Part shown: positions 37,550 through 45,300 of the stretch, piece after piece | Layout: each line of letters begins with the position of its first letter | How positions within the stretch are numbered: position 1 is the stretch's first letter | Source of the DNA: Octopus bimaculoides | Taxonomy: Eukaryota | Direction of reading: 5' to 3' | Length of the DNA: 64,000 nucleotides | Assembly (NCBI RefSeq): GCF_001194135.2 | Contig: NC_068987.1 | Span: 30,791,068-30,855,067 of the forward strand | Notes under the pieces: generated by a model | The model's database searches: none | Told to the model about the DNA's origin: nothing | The model's input: the letters and a program-made list of their open reading frames with translations, nothing else | Translations under genes and position numbers: made by a program

Positions 37550-40312
37550 ACTGGCCTAGAGATCGAACTCATGTTCACTAGCTAAGCTACTACACTTAAT
37601 CAATGTTCATATTCACTATCTCACAGAATTAGTTTTGCTGGTAGGTGTGAAATCAATCTCTGAGTCAAACAATATAAATACTCTGCTTCAAGTGAAAAAA
37701 AATTCTCTGATATGGAGACCAGAATGAGAACTATGTACCACATGGATTTAATAAAGAACTTGGATCCAAATTCCAGAAATATTACTAAATACAACAGACA
37801 CCTCAAAGCAACAACAGTTGAAATATTGTGAATGTAACAACCAAGATGGAGACACAAGTCTGAATAAATTAGTGTACAAGAATACAATAGTCACCTTCTG
37901 TTTCATCACAAATACCTTTACACTTAAATGCAAAGAAACAGATGTCAGTGCCAGTGGCACAAAAAAAAACACTCAATGCACACTGTAATGTGGTTGGCAT
38001 TAGGAAGAGCATCCAGCTGTAGAAACCACGCCAAAACTGACATGGAGCACGATGCAGCAATGTAGCTCACTGGATCCTGTCAAAACGTCCAGTCCATGTC
38101 AGCATGGAAAATGACTGTTCAATGATGATGATACAATACAAATTGCTCAACTTAAACTTATAGTTCAAAAGCCAATAGTGTACTTAAGTATTGTGCGAAG
38201 AGGCAACATCATAAAAAAGAACAAAAGTTAAGTTAATGATAACATATTTAATTAAAAAAAACATTATGTTCTTGATTAGAAGTACTTATTGGGTGTGTAG
38301 AAAAGATAACAATTTAAAGATGTTATTTTAATTATTTTAGTAAGTATGGGAGACAATTCTGAGAATGTTTTCAATTTCATTAGACCTCACCAGAAAATCA
38401 TTATTACCTCGAAAAATTAGTAAATACAGTGAAGGTGCAGGCATGTGGTTTTGGGTTGGTCCCATTATGTTTGAGGACTGGACTGCAGTAAGGAGAAATC
38501 TATGGAACAAAATCCTCCATCTCCATTCTTACTGGTCTTGTACCAGTTCAAAAATGATGTTAACATACTTTAGTTCACTTGGATTATCAAATGATTCTTT
38601 GGACATAAGAGTAGATGCCACACATTGGGAGTCCTGGGCACCTTATTTTTTTTTCAAATGTCCACATTCACATGTTTTTTCTGTTGGCTGCACCAAACAT
38701 GATGACAGATGTGCTACATATTCTGCTAATTAACTCTTTATGCAGCACTGCTTCAGTGTTTTATCTTTCAGGGATAAAAGGGTTAAGTCACACAGCAATT
38801 TTATTCTGTCACTTACCTTTAACTTTCAGATTACTCTGGGAAATGTAATGCTTTTTTATACACAATGGTTTGAATTAACTATACATCATCTTGTAGCTTC
38901 AAGATTTCAATGATATAATTGTATAATTTTAGAATGACAGAGTAGGGTAAGTGTGAGAAGGCCAGGTTTGTCCAGTCTGAACATAAAATGGGTAAAATAT
39001 TTTGGCCAGATATGGTCAGTTTAAATGCTAAATGGTTAAGTGTAAAAGGCAAGTGACAGTGCCTTTTACACTGGCAGTTATTTTAGTGCAGTAAAAGTAA
39101 CATTAAGATAACATGTGAATGACTTTTAGTCATAGTCGTGTGCTTGAAGAAGCTTCAGAGAAACTAGAACTAGTCTATTAAATCTACCTCAGTAATTCAC
39201 TAGAACTTTTGAAGGATAAAAACAAGGTTCAACATGGGCAGGATTTGAACTCAGTATGTAAAGGGCTAGAACTAAATACTGCAAGGCATTTTGTCCAACA
39301 CTCAAACAATTCCACCAATCCCTCACCTTATTCTTGGATGCTGCTTGACTAGATCAGATCACATCCCCTGTCTGGAAACCTTTTTGACACTGAAATAGAT
39401 GAGCTCTGGCAACACTGCTTTTCTCTGTCAGAGCTTTACCGAACAGATTGATCTCACACATTTCCCCTGTCCTTATTCATATGTTTTAGTTTTATATGAG
39501 GGGGTACCCAAGAGAAACCGGAATTTTGCTATATTATTTTATTCACTTAGTTTTGCATGTTTACACTTTTATCGTTTTCAAAGTATTCTCCATTTGAAGC
39601 AATGCATCAGTCCAGGTGCATTTTCCACTATTCGAAGCAGTGCTGGAACTCTTGCGAAGTGATACCCTTTAATGCCTCCATCATTTCTTCTTCATCTCTT
39701 TCACATCTGCAAATTCTGTAGCACCAACTTTCGCCACCAGTGATGACCTTCGAAAAGAGTCTGGATCAACTTCCAACAGTTCTTTCAGTTCACGACATGC
39801 ATGTGTTCTGCTTATGGCGGCGTCCTTGTAAGCAATTTGAAACATGACAACTGTTTCAGCTACCGTTTTCCCCTGCAGAAAACAGAATTTCATGGAAGCA
39901 TGCTGTTCCTTCATTTCAGCAATTTCAAAAATTGACAAACACAGGAGAAGCACTGCAAAACAAAGACACACCATGTGGCAGTACTACATCACTCGATGCT
40001 GCTGGTCCGCACGCTGATGCCTGAGGGTCACATCAAGTGGTTTCTAGCCGTAGAAGACTGAACTACAAAGGGCTTGTCCCACAGAGAACACTTCCAGTTA
40101 CTTTTGGGTACCCTCATACATGTGGATAATCTACAAGCAGAGAAGAAAAGAAGTTGAATGCTAATTACCTTAGAGTCTATTTCTGCCAAAACATCTGTAA
40201 GAATCTGTAGTAATGACAATGGCTCCAAGCTATCAAAAGATATCAGGTTAAAATTCTTATTGAAGGGTTCCTTGTTCAACCCTTGAACAATAAATTTCAG
40301 TTGATCCCTCAT
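4110..40312 (-). CDS. IFT81: Intraflagellar transport protein 81 (IFT-B core), complete spliced gene, 14 coding exons, 682 aa
   Basis: Join (minus): 40312-40169, 36110-36007, 30472-30292, 28363-28208, 25205-25095, 22388-22304, 17950-17787, 16135-16040, 14545-14399, 12839-12690, 10053-9835, 8695-8609, 4998-4841, 4356-4110 = 2049 nt, open frame, all GT-AG. The translation is recognisably colinear with human IFT81 from [20 protein letters not shown] to EEDRLVL*. Confidence 0.96.
4530..4830. repeat. Degenerate minisatellite (unit about CCTGTCAACCCAGCTATCTACCAA) in the last IFT81 intron
   Basis: Recurrent CTGTCAA / CCCAGCTA motifs at about 12-24-nt spacing. Confidence 0.7.
4841..4998 (-). CDS. 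IFT81: IFT81 coding exon 13 (158 nt, [19 protein letters not shown]...DKKKTL)
   Basis: TTCATGTAG| acceptor, |GTAAAT donor; not in the ORF track. Confidence 0.93.
6344..6383 (+). ncRNA. Minimal type-I hammerhead-ribozyme-like motif with GUC site
   Basis: GGC C(A)TGACGA AGGG aaatag CCCT GAA ACTCGAGT C GCC: 4-bp stem II, palindromic helix III ACTCGAGT, GTC triplet, 3-bp stem I. One extra A in the core. Confidence 0.55.
8609..8695 (-). CDS. IFT81: IFT81 coding exon 12 (87 nt, [29 protein letters not shown])
   Basis: TTCTTTAG| acceptor, |GTAAGT donor; not in the ORF track. Confidence 0.94.
9598..9715. repeat. Perfect 53-bp inverted repeat with 12-nt loop
   Basis: 9598-9650 is the exact reverse complement of 9663-9715; starts 4 nt after an N-gap. 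Confidence 0.95.
9835..10053 (-). CDS. IFT81: IFT81 coding exon 11 (219 nt, [33 protein letters not shown]...LREECK)
   Basis: CCTTCTAG| acceptor, |GTTAGT donor. Confidence 0.95.
10150..10282. mobile_element. Tc1/mariner-type MITE, almost entirely palindromic
   Basis: TA-CAGGGTGATTC... / ...GAATCACCCTG-TA termini; inner arms TTTTTTTTATAAGAAACAGTT / AACTGTTTCTTATAAAAAAAA. Confidence 0.8.
10862..11170 (+). mobile_element. RTE LINE 3'-end copy (family also at about 3366-3720(-), 11826-12112, 13227-13646, 29678-29920, 32136-32349, 37116-37278(-), 48715-49030, 51550-51950; older copies at 7810, 15270, 17490, 36880, 37940, 41680, 47990, 49980)
   Basis: Shared core AAAAGCACCCACTACACTCTCGGAGTGGTTGGCGTTAGGAAGGGCATCCAGCTGTAGAAAC...CATGCTAGCATGGAAAGCGGACGTTAAAC(GAT)n, with variable 5' truncation. 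Confidence 0.88.
12690..12839 (-). CDS. IFT81: IFT81 coding exon 10 (150 nt, [12 protein letters not shown]...LSRTEEIL...NEQL)
   Basis: CTTTTCTAG| acceptor, |GTAAGT donor; VNKLRSKS motif; not in the ORF track. Confidence 0.95.
13227..13646 (+). mobile_element. Long RTE LINE 3'-end copy
   Basis: Same core with longer 5' extension and (GAT)n tail. Confidence 0.85.
14399..14545 (-). CDS. IFT81: IFT81 coding exon 9 (147 nt, [11 protein letters not shown]...GEILRGED)
   Basis: TTCCAG| acceptor, |GTAAGC donor; matches human ASIISRKKEAK...EVLKGDE; not in the ORF track. Confidence 0.94.
16040..16135 (-). CDS. IFT81: IFT81 coding exon 8 (96 nt, [15 protein letters not shown]...KLHLFRNQ)
   Basis: TTTTCAG| acceptor, |GTGAGT donor. 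Confidence 0.95.
17787..17950 (-). CDS. IFT81: IFT81 coding exon 7 (164 nt, [14 protein letters not shown]...ELEELENQ)
   Basis: TTTGTAG| acceptor, |GTAAGC donor; LEEEIK.N.Y motif. Confidence 0.95.
17998..18590. mobile_element. piggyBac-type MITE interrupted by an RTE LINE fragment
   Basis: TTAA-CCCTTTAGCA ... TGCTAAGGGG-TAA ends. Insert at about 18150-18540 translates on minus to [10 protein letters not shown]... (RTE-like post-RT region). Confidence 0.75.
19080..19690 (-). mobile_element. Decayed Dong/R4-like LINE fragment (pre-endonuclease zinc-knuckle region)
   Basis: MHG...[10 protein letters not shown]...[16 protein letters not shown]...CDRKCWFC motif series typical of R4-clade ORFs. 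Confidence 0.7.
19933..20840 (+). mobile_element. Internally deleted, decayed mariner element
   Basis: Degenerate TIRs (ATGAGGTGTGTTCAAAAGGTAT / ATACATTTTGCTGCACGTCATA); [18 protein letters not shown]-like and APYSPD-like remnants. Confidence 0.75.
21778..21992. mobile_element. Mariner-derived MITE (second copy at 46977-47173, opposite orientation)
   Basis: TIR-like GAGGG.GTG.TGA.AAGTTCCTGG ends; internal sequence shared with 46977-47173 (GGTTGGGCCTCCAA / TTGGAGGCCCAACC). Confidence 0.7.
22304..22388 (-). CDS. IFT81: IFT81 coding exon 6 (85 nt, [28 protein letters not shown])
   Basis: CTATCAG| acceptor, |GTAAGT donor; phase fits both neighbours; not in the ORF track. Confidence 0.92.
23711..25010 (-). 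mobile_element. Decayed DD37D (maT-type) Tc1/mariner transposon
   Basis: [23 protein letters not shown] and QLDSAPCH...[10 protein letters not shown](L)DYYVW remnants. 37 residues between the 2nd and 3rd D after correcting one frameshift; degenerate TIRs. Confidence 0.85.
25095..25205 (-). CDS. IFT81: IFT81 coding exon 5 (111 nt, [37 protein letters not shown])
   Basis: TTTTGTAG| acceptor, |GTATGT donor. Confidence 0.95.
25617..26045. mobile_element. Tc1/pogo-type MITE
   Basis: TIR TACC(A/G)TAAATCCTC(A/G)AGTATA at both ends, with TA termini. Confidence 0.8.
26540..26910 (+). mobile_element. Decayed RTE LINE ORF2 C-terminal fragment
   Basis: Remnants resembling MLYGSETW...RNEMSML...LREKL...IQER; many stops. 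A similar relic lies at about 61740-61860. Confidence 0.6.
28208..28363 (-). CDS. IFT81: IFT81 coding exon 4 (156 nt, YEELIEQFK...RIERLKHK)
   Basis: TTTCAG| acceptor, |GTAAGT donor; lies within ORF 28133-28459. Confidence 0.95.
29238..29473 (+). mobile_element. tRNA-derived SINE family C, full young copy with 16-bp target-site duplication
   Basis: GGCGAGCTGGCAGAA...GAGTTCAAATTCC head; TSD TAATATACTCGTCTGA at 29222-29237 and 29474-29489. Other copies 2583-2822(-), 11620-11800(-), 16370-16590, 34780-35430(-, three copies), 43130-43330, 45190-45310, 46190-46400(-). Confidence 0.9.
30292..30472 (-). CDS. IFT81: IFT81 coding exon 3 (181 nt, [41 protein letters not shown]...SYEQ)
   Basis: TTTTGGTTTTAG| acceptor, |GTAAGT donor; conserved LKKRAYLA motif; not in the ORF track. 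Confidence 0.95.
33555..33957 (-). mobile_element. SINE family D nested in the 3' end of a family A copy
   Basis: Reverse complement of 63466-63856; TSD GATTGAAACA at 33545-33554 and 33958-33967. Confidence 0.92.
34447..34755 (+). mobile_element. 3' end of a Dong/R4-like RLE-type LINE inserted in (TAA)n
   Basis: [29 protein letters not shown]...[11 protein letters not shown] (restriction-like endonuclease C-terminus); (TAA)n on both sides. Confidence 0.85.
34925..35020. repeat. Compound (GAA)n/(GGA)n/(CAA)n microsatellite
   Basis: Directly visible; source of the spurious poly-R/E/K/F ORFs. Confidence 0.97.
35438..35923 (-). mobile_element. tRNA-derived SINE family A with internal (TA)n/(TG)n, young copy
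   Basis: Head GGAGTGG.TGCGTGGTAAG (A box) ...GGTTCA.TCCC (B box), then GACACCTTGGGCAAGT (CORE-SINE-like), tail GACTGAAACAAGTAAAA. Other copies about 50708-51100(-), 57119-57470, 12165-12582, 33104-33555, 29495-30200, 6163-7370, 2288-2884, 10440-10680, 58712-58850, 300-470(-). Confidence 0.9.
36007..36110 (-). CDS. IFT81: IFT81 coding exon 2 (104 nt, [34 protein letters not shown])
   Basis: CCTTTTCAG| acceptor, |GTAAGT donor; matches human QLVDIREEMPEQTAKRM...; not in the ORF track. Confidence 0.95.
36293..36513. mobile_element. piggyBac-type MITE (further copies about 38812-39039, 49162-49347, 63235-63420)
   Basis: Same approx. 220-bp family, with TTAA ends and internal TTTAGAATGAC...GTAGGTGTGAGAGG...CAGTTTAAATGCTAAAGGGTTAA. 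Confidence 0.75.
37460..37545. repeat. (GA)n microsatellite
   Basis: Uninterrupted GA run of about 85 nt. Confidence 0.98.
39495..40118 (-). mobile_element. Internally deleted mariner derivative
   Basis: TIRs TATGAGGG(GG)TACCCAA.AG.AAC.GG; N-terminal remnant [22 protein letters not shown]. Ends 50 nt from the IFT81 exon 1 donor. Confidence 0.8.
40169..40312 (-). CDS. IFT81: IFT81 coding exon 1 (144 nt, MRDQLKF...LAEIDSK)
   Basis: ATG at 40312; donor AAG|GTAATT at 40168. An acceptor TTTTTAG| at 40337-40338 gives 24 nt of 5' UTR, implying an upstream non-coding exon. Confidence 0.95.
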
Positions 40313-42949
40313 TGTGTTTTCTTCAGTGATTTAAAGCTAAAAAAGACATTCAAAGAATAAAAATAATAATTAGAAACAATAAATAAAGGTTTTCTGAAGG
40401 TAATGTAAATATAAAAAAGTTTGTCCGCAAGTAATTGATAATCAAGTGGACTAATGATCTAAAGCAGGCCGCCATGATTATCATTTCTTTCATATCTAGA
40501 ACCACAAAGTCAATGTGCTCTGTTTTTAAGATAATAGTGCTTTTAAGGAAGATTCTGTTGCTAATTCTAGTAGGCTGTGTGAGCATATAGAGGCCTATCT
40601 CAAATGTTATTTTCTGACCTTCAGAATAAAAAAAAAAGAAGTTTTTCTATTAAAACACCAAACTACTAAATGTAAAATTATACTTACTCTTTGTTCATTC
40701 TGGGATATGCGAACTGATACAGTATGAGAAAATGATGGACAGAAAAAGGTCAAGAAGAAGATTTGTAGAGTATAAGACAAGACAATTAATAAAGTATAGG
40801 AGAATGATAATGTTGATACAGTATGGGACAATAAGACAGTTACAAGAATATGGTCAAGAGTTTATTTCTTATTACTGCTACTTATACAAGGTCCATCAAA
40901 TAATTAACTTCAAAGTGAAATAAGTGACCAAACTATCGATAGGGTGACCCTGATAGTTTTAATCAATAAATACTAAAACTATTGAGGTGAATTTGCTAAT
41001 CTGAGATCGAGTTAAGAGAAGGCAAGGGAGATAATTCAAAGCATTTTTTTTTTTTTTATGGATTAACACGTTTCAAGGAATTAAATTTAGAAATAAATAA
41101 TGGAGAAATAGAAGTCCCAGATATTTTTAGAGATGGTGACAAGTCCAGACATCTTTTATCCTGACTAAATTACCAGAAGGAAGTTATTCGTTCAGAGCTA
41201 CAGGTAGCAGAATTGCCCAGCTAAGTAAAAATAGTGGTCATATAGGCATACACTTTATCTCCTTACACCCCTCCTTTTCCCTGACATATGTTTCCCACAG
41301 TCAATCTTCCTAACACCCACTTCTCGCCACCCATGCTCAACAACCATTGTATTACCCCCACTCTTTCTCTCACATAGCAACCTGCACACATGTCCCTGTT
41401 GAATCTCTTCCCCACAACATATCCTCCCAATAGCTCCTCCCTCTACCTGTGCCCATTCATTACACCCCTTTCCTCAATCTACCAATATCCTTTTGCAATC
41501 TCGTGAACTCACCTACTCATCCTCTCCAATCCCCAAACTACTCACCATCATCTCCCCTCTCTCTCTCCCTCTCCTCACCTAAGGCAGCCATGTTTCCCCT
41601 CTAATGAAAGAATCCTTTTTCTGTCCCTTCTTACTATAACCCCCCCTCTCCACACACACACACACACACACACACATTGATTAAGGGGTTTTGTCTTGCA
41701 ACCTACTTGGTGGCTTCACTAGTGCCAGTGCTATGTAAAAAGCATCCAGTAAAATCTGTAAAGTGGTTGGCATTAGGAAGGGCATCCAGCAGCAGAAACC
41801 ATGCCATAGCAGACACAAAGGATTGGTGCATTCTTCTGACTTATCAATTACTGTGGAACTGTCCAACCCATGCCATAATGGAAAACGGATGTTAAATGAT
41901 GATTATCATCATCATAATTGATTCTGAATTGTAAACTCATCTTCTACGAGACTATCAATGATACAGAAAGAGATAGCAAATGGGTTATTAGTGATATAAA
42001 AGTGGGTCTTAAGTCATTCTGGAAGTTGTCAATGTAGAATTTACCCTTTAACTGTGAGACTGAATTTCATGGTTATTCCAGTAATGTTAAATATCTACCA
42101 AAAAATTGGTGTTTTCTGCAAGTCACATTGCTTCAATAAACTTGACATATCTCAACAAAGACTAGTTTCAAGCATGATATTCCACAAAAGATAGATTGGT
42201 ATATAAAATTGCTTTCCAAAGTTAAGAGTAATGAAATTTTGAGTGGATATATATGATTCCCACAGTATAAAGGAGAAATATAGTAATTACAAAGAAGAAG
42301 AAAAAAAAGGAAAACAACTCCATATATTTTGTTGGTCAGTAGAAATATAGTATTTGTTATTACCTGGCTCTTATAGTAACTAGCTTAGACTGATGTTCAG
42401 TCTAAAGAGAGATATTTGCTGTACATATGATTAATGCTTCAGAATTTAATTGGAGGAGACAAAGTAACCTCGAGTTGTAGACCCAACAGATTGGTGACAT
42501 CAATTCAATTGATTATCAACTTGGTGCTCTAAGAAATACGAGGGCCAGATTTGCTAAAATGCTAACAGTTATGTTAGTATATGCTACTCTGTAACAATCT
42601 GAGAGAAGACTTCTAAGCCAAGAGACGTGAGAAAGATGGTCTCACAGAGAAGCAACTTAACCAAATTTCAATGCCAGAGACAGATGAAAGCTTTGCTAAT
42701 GACAGAGGTAATGAGATAGCTTTCATTGAAAATCTCAGTGTTGTGAGATCTACAATGTGTGATCAGGTCGCTGGTAGACTTAATTCTATGGAAACAGTTT
42801 ATGTGGTGGGCACAAGAGAGAAAAATAGGTTGAAAGAGTTATATCCCTTGGCAGTTGACAGCGTCTTAAATTGGGACGAATATACAGGATAATGATTATA
42901 TATATATATAATTCTCGAAACCACTTAAGAGGTGTGAAGAAAGACAAAT

Positions 42950-45300
42950 GAGACTGAATATCAGTCGCACCTCTTGTTGGCGTAACAGAAGTATGCATGC
43001 GCACACGCACACATAAGCACGCGTATCTCGACTTTCCTGATAACTTTCTGAAAGAAATGCATATCTTAATGAAATTTTGCAGAGATACATTTCGAGGGTA
43101 TAGTTTACGATTATATTAATAATACTCAGCTAGCAGAATCGCTACCACGTCGGACAAAAAGTTGAGCAGCAATTCTTCAGGCACTTAGTTCAAATTCCGC
43201 TGAAGTCGACTTTGCCTTTCACCCCTTTGAGATCGATAAAATAAGTATCAGCTGAGCATTGGGGTCGATGTAATTGACTACCACCCTCCTCTAAAACTTC
43301 AGGGCTCGTATTTACAGCAGAAATGATAATTACTTTTTGAAGTAGTTTTGGATCATTCCCCCTGCAATCCTGACTTTGCTTTTCCAAACTATTTTTAAAA
43401 TATGGTTCAAATGTACAAAAAACAAAAGAGAAAATTAAAAAAAAAACCTGTTGGGATTAACGGTAAACATTTTAAAAACTATTTTTAAAATACATATTCC
43501 AGCGGGTAGATTACGCAAAGCTGAGGTTTTAAATTTATAGAGGTAAACCCCACCCCTGCAAATGCTGAAGTTACGGTGATAAGTCGGGGACTAGGTGTGG
43601 AGGAAAAAAACCAAATGATATGAAACTCCCAACAAATTTTTTTCTTCTAAATTCTAACAATATAATTGTAATCTACATCTTCGGAAACGTAAATCTGCGA
43701 AATTCCGTGAAAAAAATATAGTTTTCAGAAAAGTTATGAAGGAACAAATTTAGAGCGGAACACCAACATGTAGTTATATGTCCAATGGTTCATCAGCTTT
43801 TTCTAAAGTTTATATCGTAAACACTAGAAACTGTTAATAGAAACACACGCACACAGACACATATCAATTACTTGTCTCAAAATATGTAATATACAATTAA
43901 TCTTATTTACAATTTGATATATCAATACATCGTCTTAACCAAGAACAGGTAAATGAAGTAACAAGAATGGCATAACTACAGGGTTTTACCCCCCCCCCCC
44001 CCCAGACTTTGGGAGGTCATAACTTTCAGAAAAATGAATATTTTTTAATGAAATTTTCTATGAAAATGCCACAAGAATAATTACATACATTTATCAAATG
44101 TGTGTGTACACTAGTCAGCAAGTGCCTCATCTAAGTCGAATGATCTACTAGATGTAGCAGCGAAATTTCTTCTTAACCGCAAATTATTGTGGTAGATAAA
44201 GAAAAAGGACATTCAAGAAACGCTCACAAAACAAAGAGGATGTAAGTGTTCGTTTGACCATCCACTCAGTCCGGTCTGAATAAAGTCCATGTTTATGAAG
44301 AGCATAACTTGAATAAAGAAATAATGGGACGACATTAACTGGAATTATAAGAAAATATATATTAAGTATTTACTTCACCTAAAGCCTTTAGTTTTGTTTT
44401 TTTTAACTTTGTCCGTAGAATACACCATGTACGCAATAAAACTTGCAAATACTAGAACTTTGGTATGTATATATATATATATATGTTCAGTAATGTTGTT
44501 TTGACAACGGTATCCAACGGAATAATTAACCCAGCCTCGTTCTGATAATCTACGTCGACTTCCGTTTATGACTTCCTCTGTGAAATCCGTGTTTCTCCTG
44601 TTTCCGCCTTTAATTAATTAATCTAACTCTGTTTACTTTTTAGCAAAAATGGCTAATAGTAACAAAGGTAAAAAGAGTGCAGTGAGTATAATTTATTTAT
44701 ATTACAAGCAGCTGGTTATTTAAGCAATCTTCAAATTACCCTTCCATATGTAGCGCTCCATCTGATGTTTATCGTTTCGTTCACACCGAACCAGATCTGA
44801 CCAAACCGATATGTAATTTAAAGTATTCCAGCTGTATCCGTCCCGTCACCTCGTATATGTACGACTCTGTTTTGCAGTAGTTTCCTTCTATCTCAAAATG
44901 AAATGAGAATTATTTGAACGAAGTGTGGTTTCTATTTCCAACACGTCAAACTCTGTTCTCTTCTACGTATATTTACACATCTTAAAATACAACGTTCACT
45001 CACATATATATATATACACATGCAGAAATATGTATGTTGTTTTTCATGCATCTACGCGCTTATCGGAATGAATTATCAGCTTCAAATATATTTTAATCGC
45101 CTGAATACATCGTTGCTTATACCTATTGCCACTCGCCAAATGATCTCAAAAATTGTTAATAATTTATTGGCATTTCGTTCGTTTTTACATTGCTGAAGTT
45201 CACTTTGCCTTTCTTCCTTTCGGGGCCGATAAATTAAGTATCCGTTGAGCCCTACCGTTTATGTAATCGACTCTCCCCGGAACTTGCTGGCACTTTTTGA
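42950..45300. promoter_or_regulatory. Probable bidirectional promoter region for IFT81 and SPCS2
   Basis: Lies between divergent start codons (40312 minus, 44649 plus) and is visibly CpG-rich relative to the gene bodies. ETS-type motifs ACTTCCG (44558-44564) and ACTTCCT (44571-44577). Transcription start sites cannot be determined from sequence. Confidence 0.6.
44649..44681 (+). CDS. SPCS2: SPCS2 probable coding exon 1 (33 nt, [11 protein letters not shown])
   Basis: AAAAATGG start context, GCA|GTGAGT donor, phase 0 as exon 2 requires, located in the CpG-rich promoter zone. The N-terminus is poorly conserved, so there is no homology support. Confidence 0.7.

Noticed and set aside
7810-37940. 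Apparent plus-strand bias of RTE 3' ends within IFT81 introns
   Set aside because: Antisense bias of LINEs in introns is expected, the same strand also dominates in SPCS2 where it is sense, and my counts of decayed copies are unreliable.
42671-42892. 73-aa ORF of ordinary composition upstream of IFT81
   Set aside because: No recognisable homology, non-ATG/uncertain context and no supporting splice structure; insufficient evidence.
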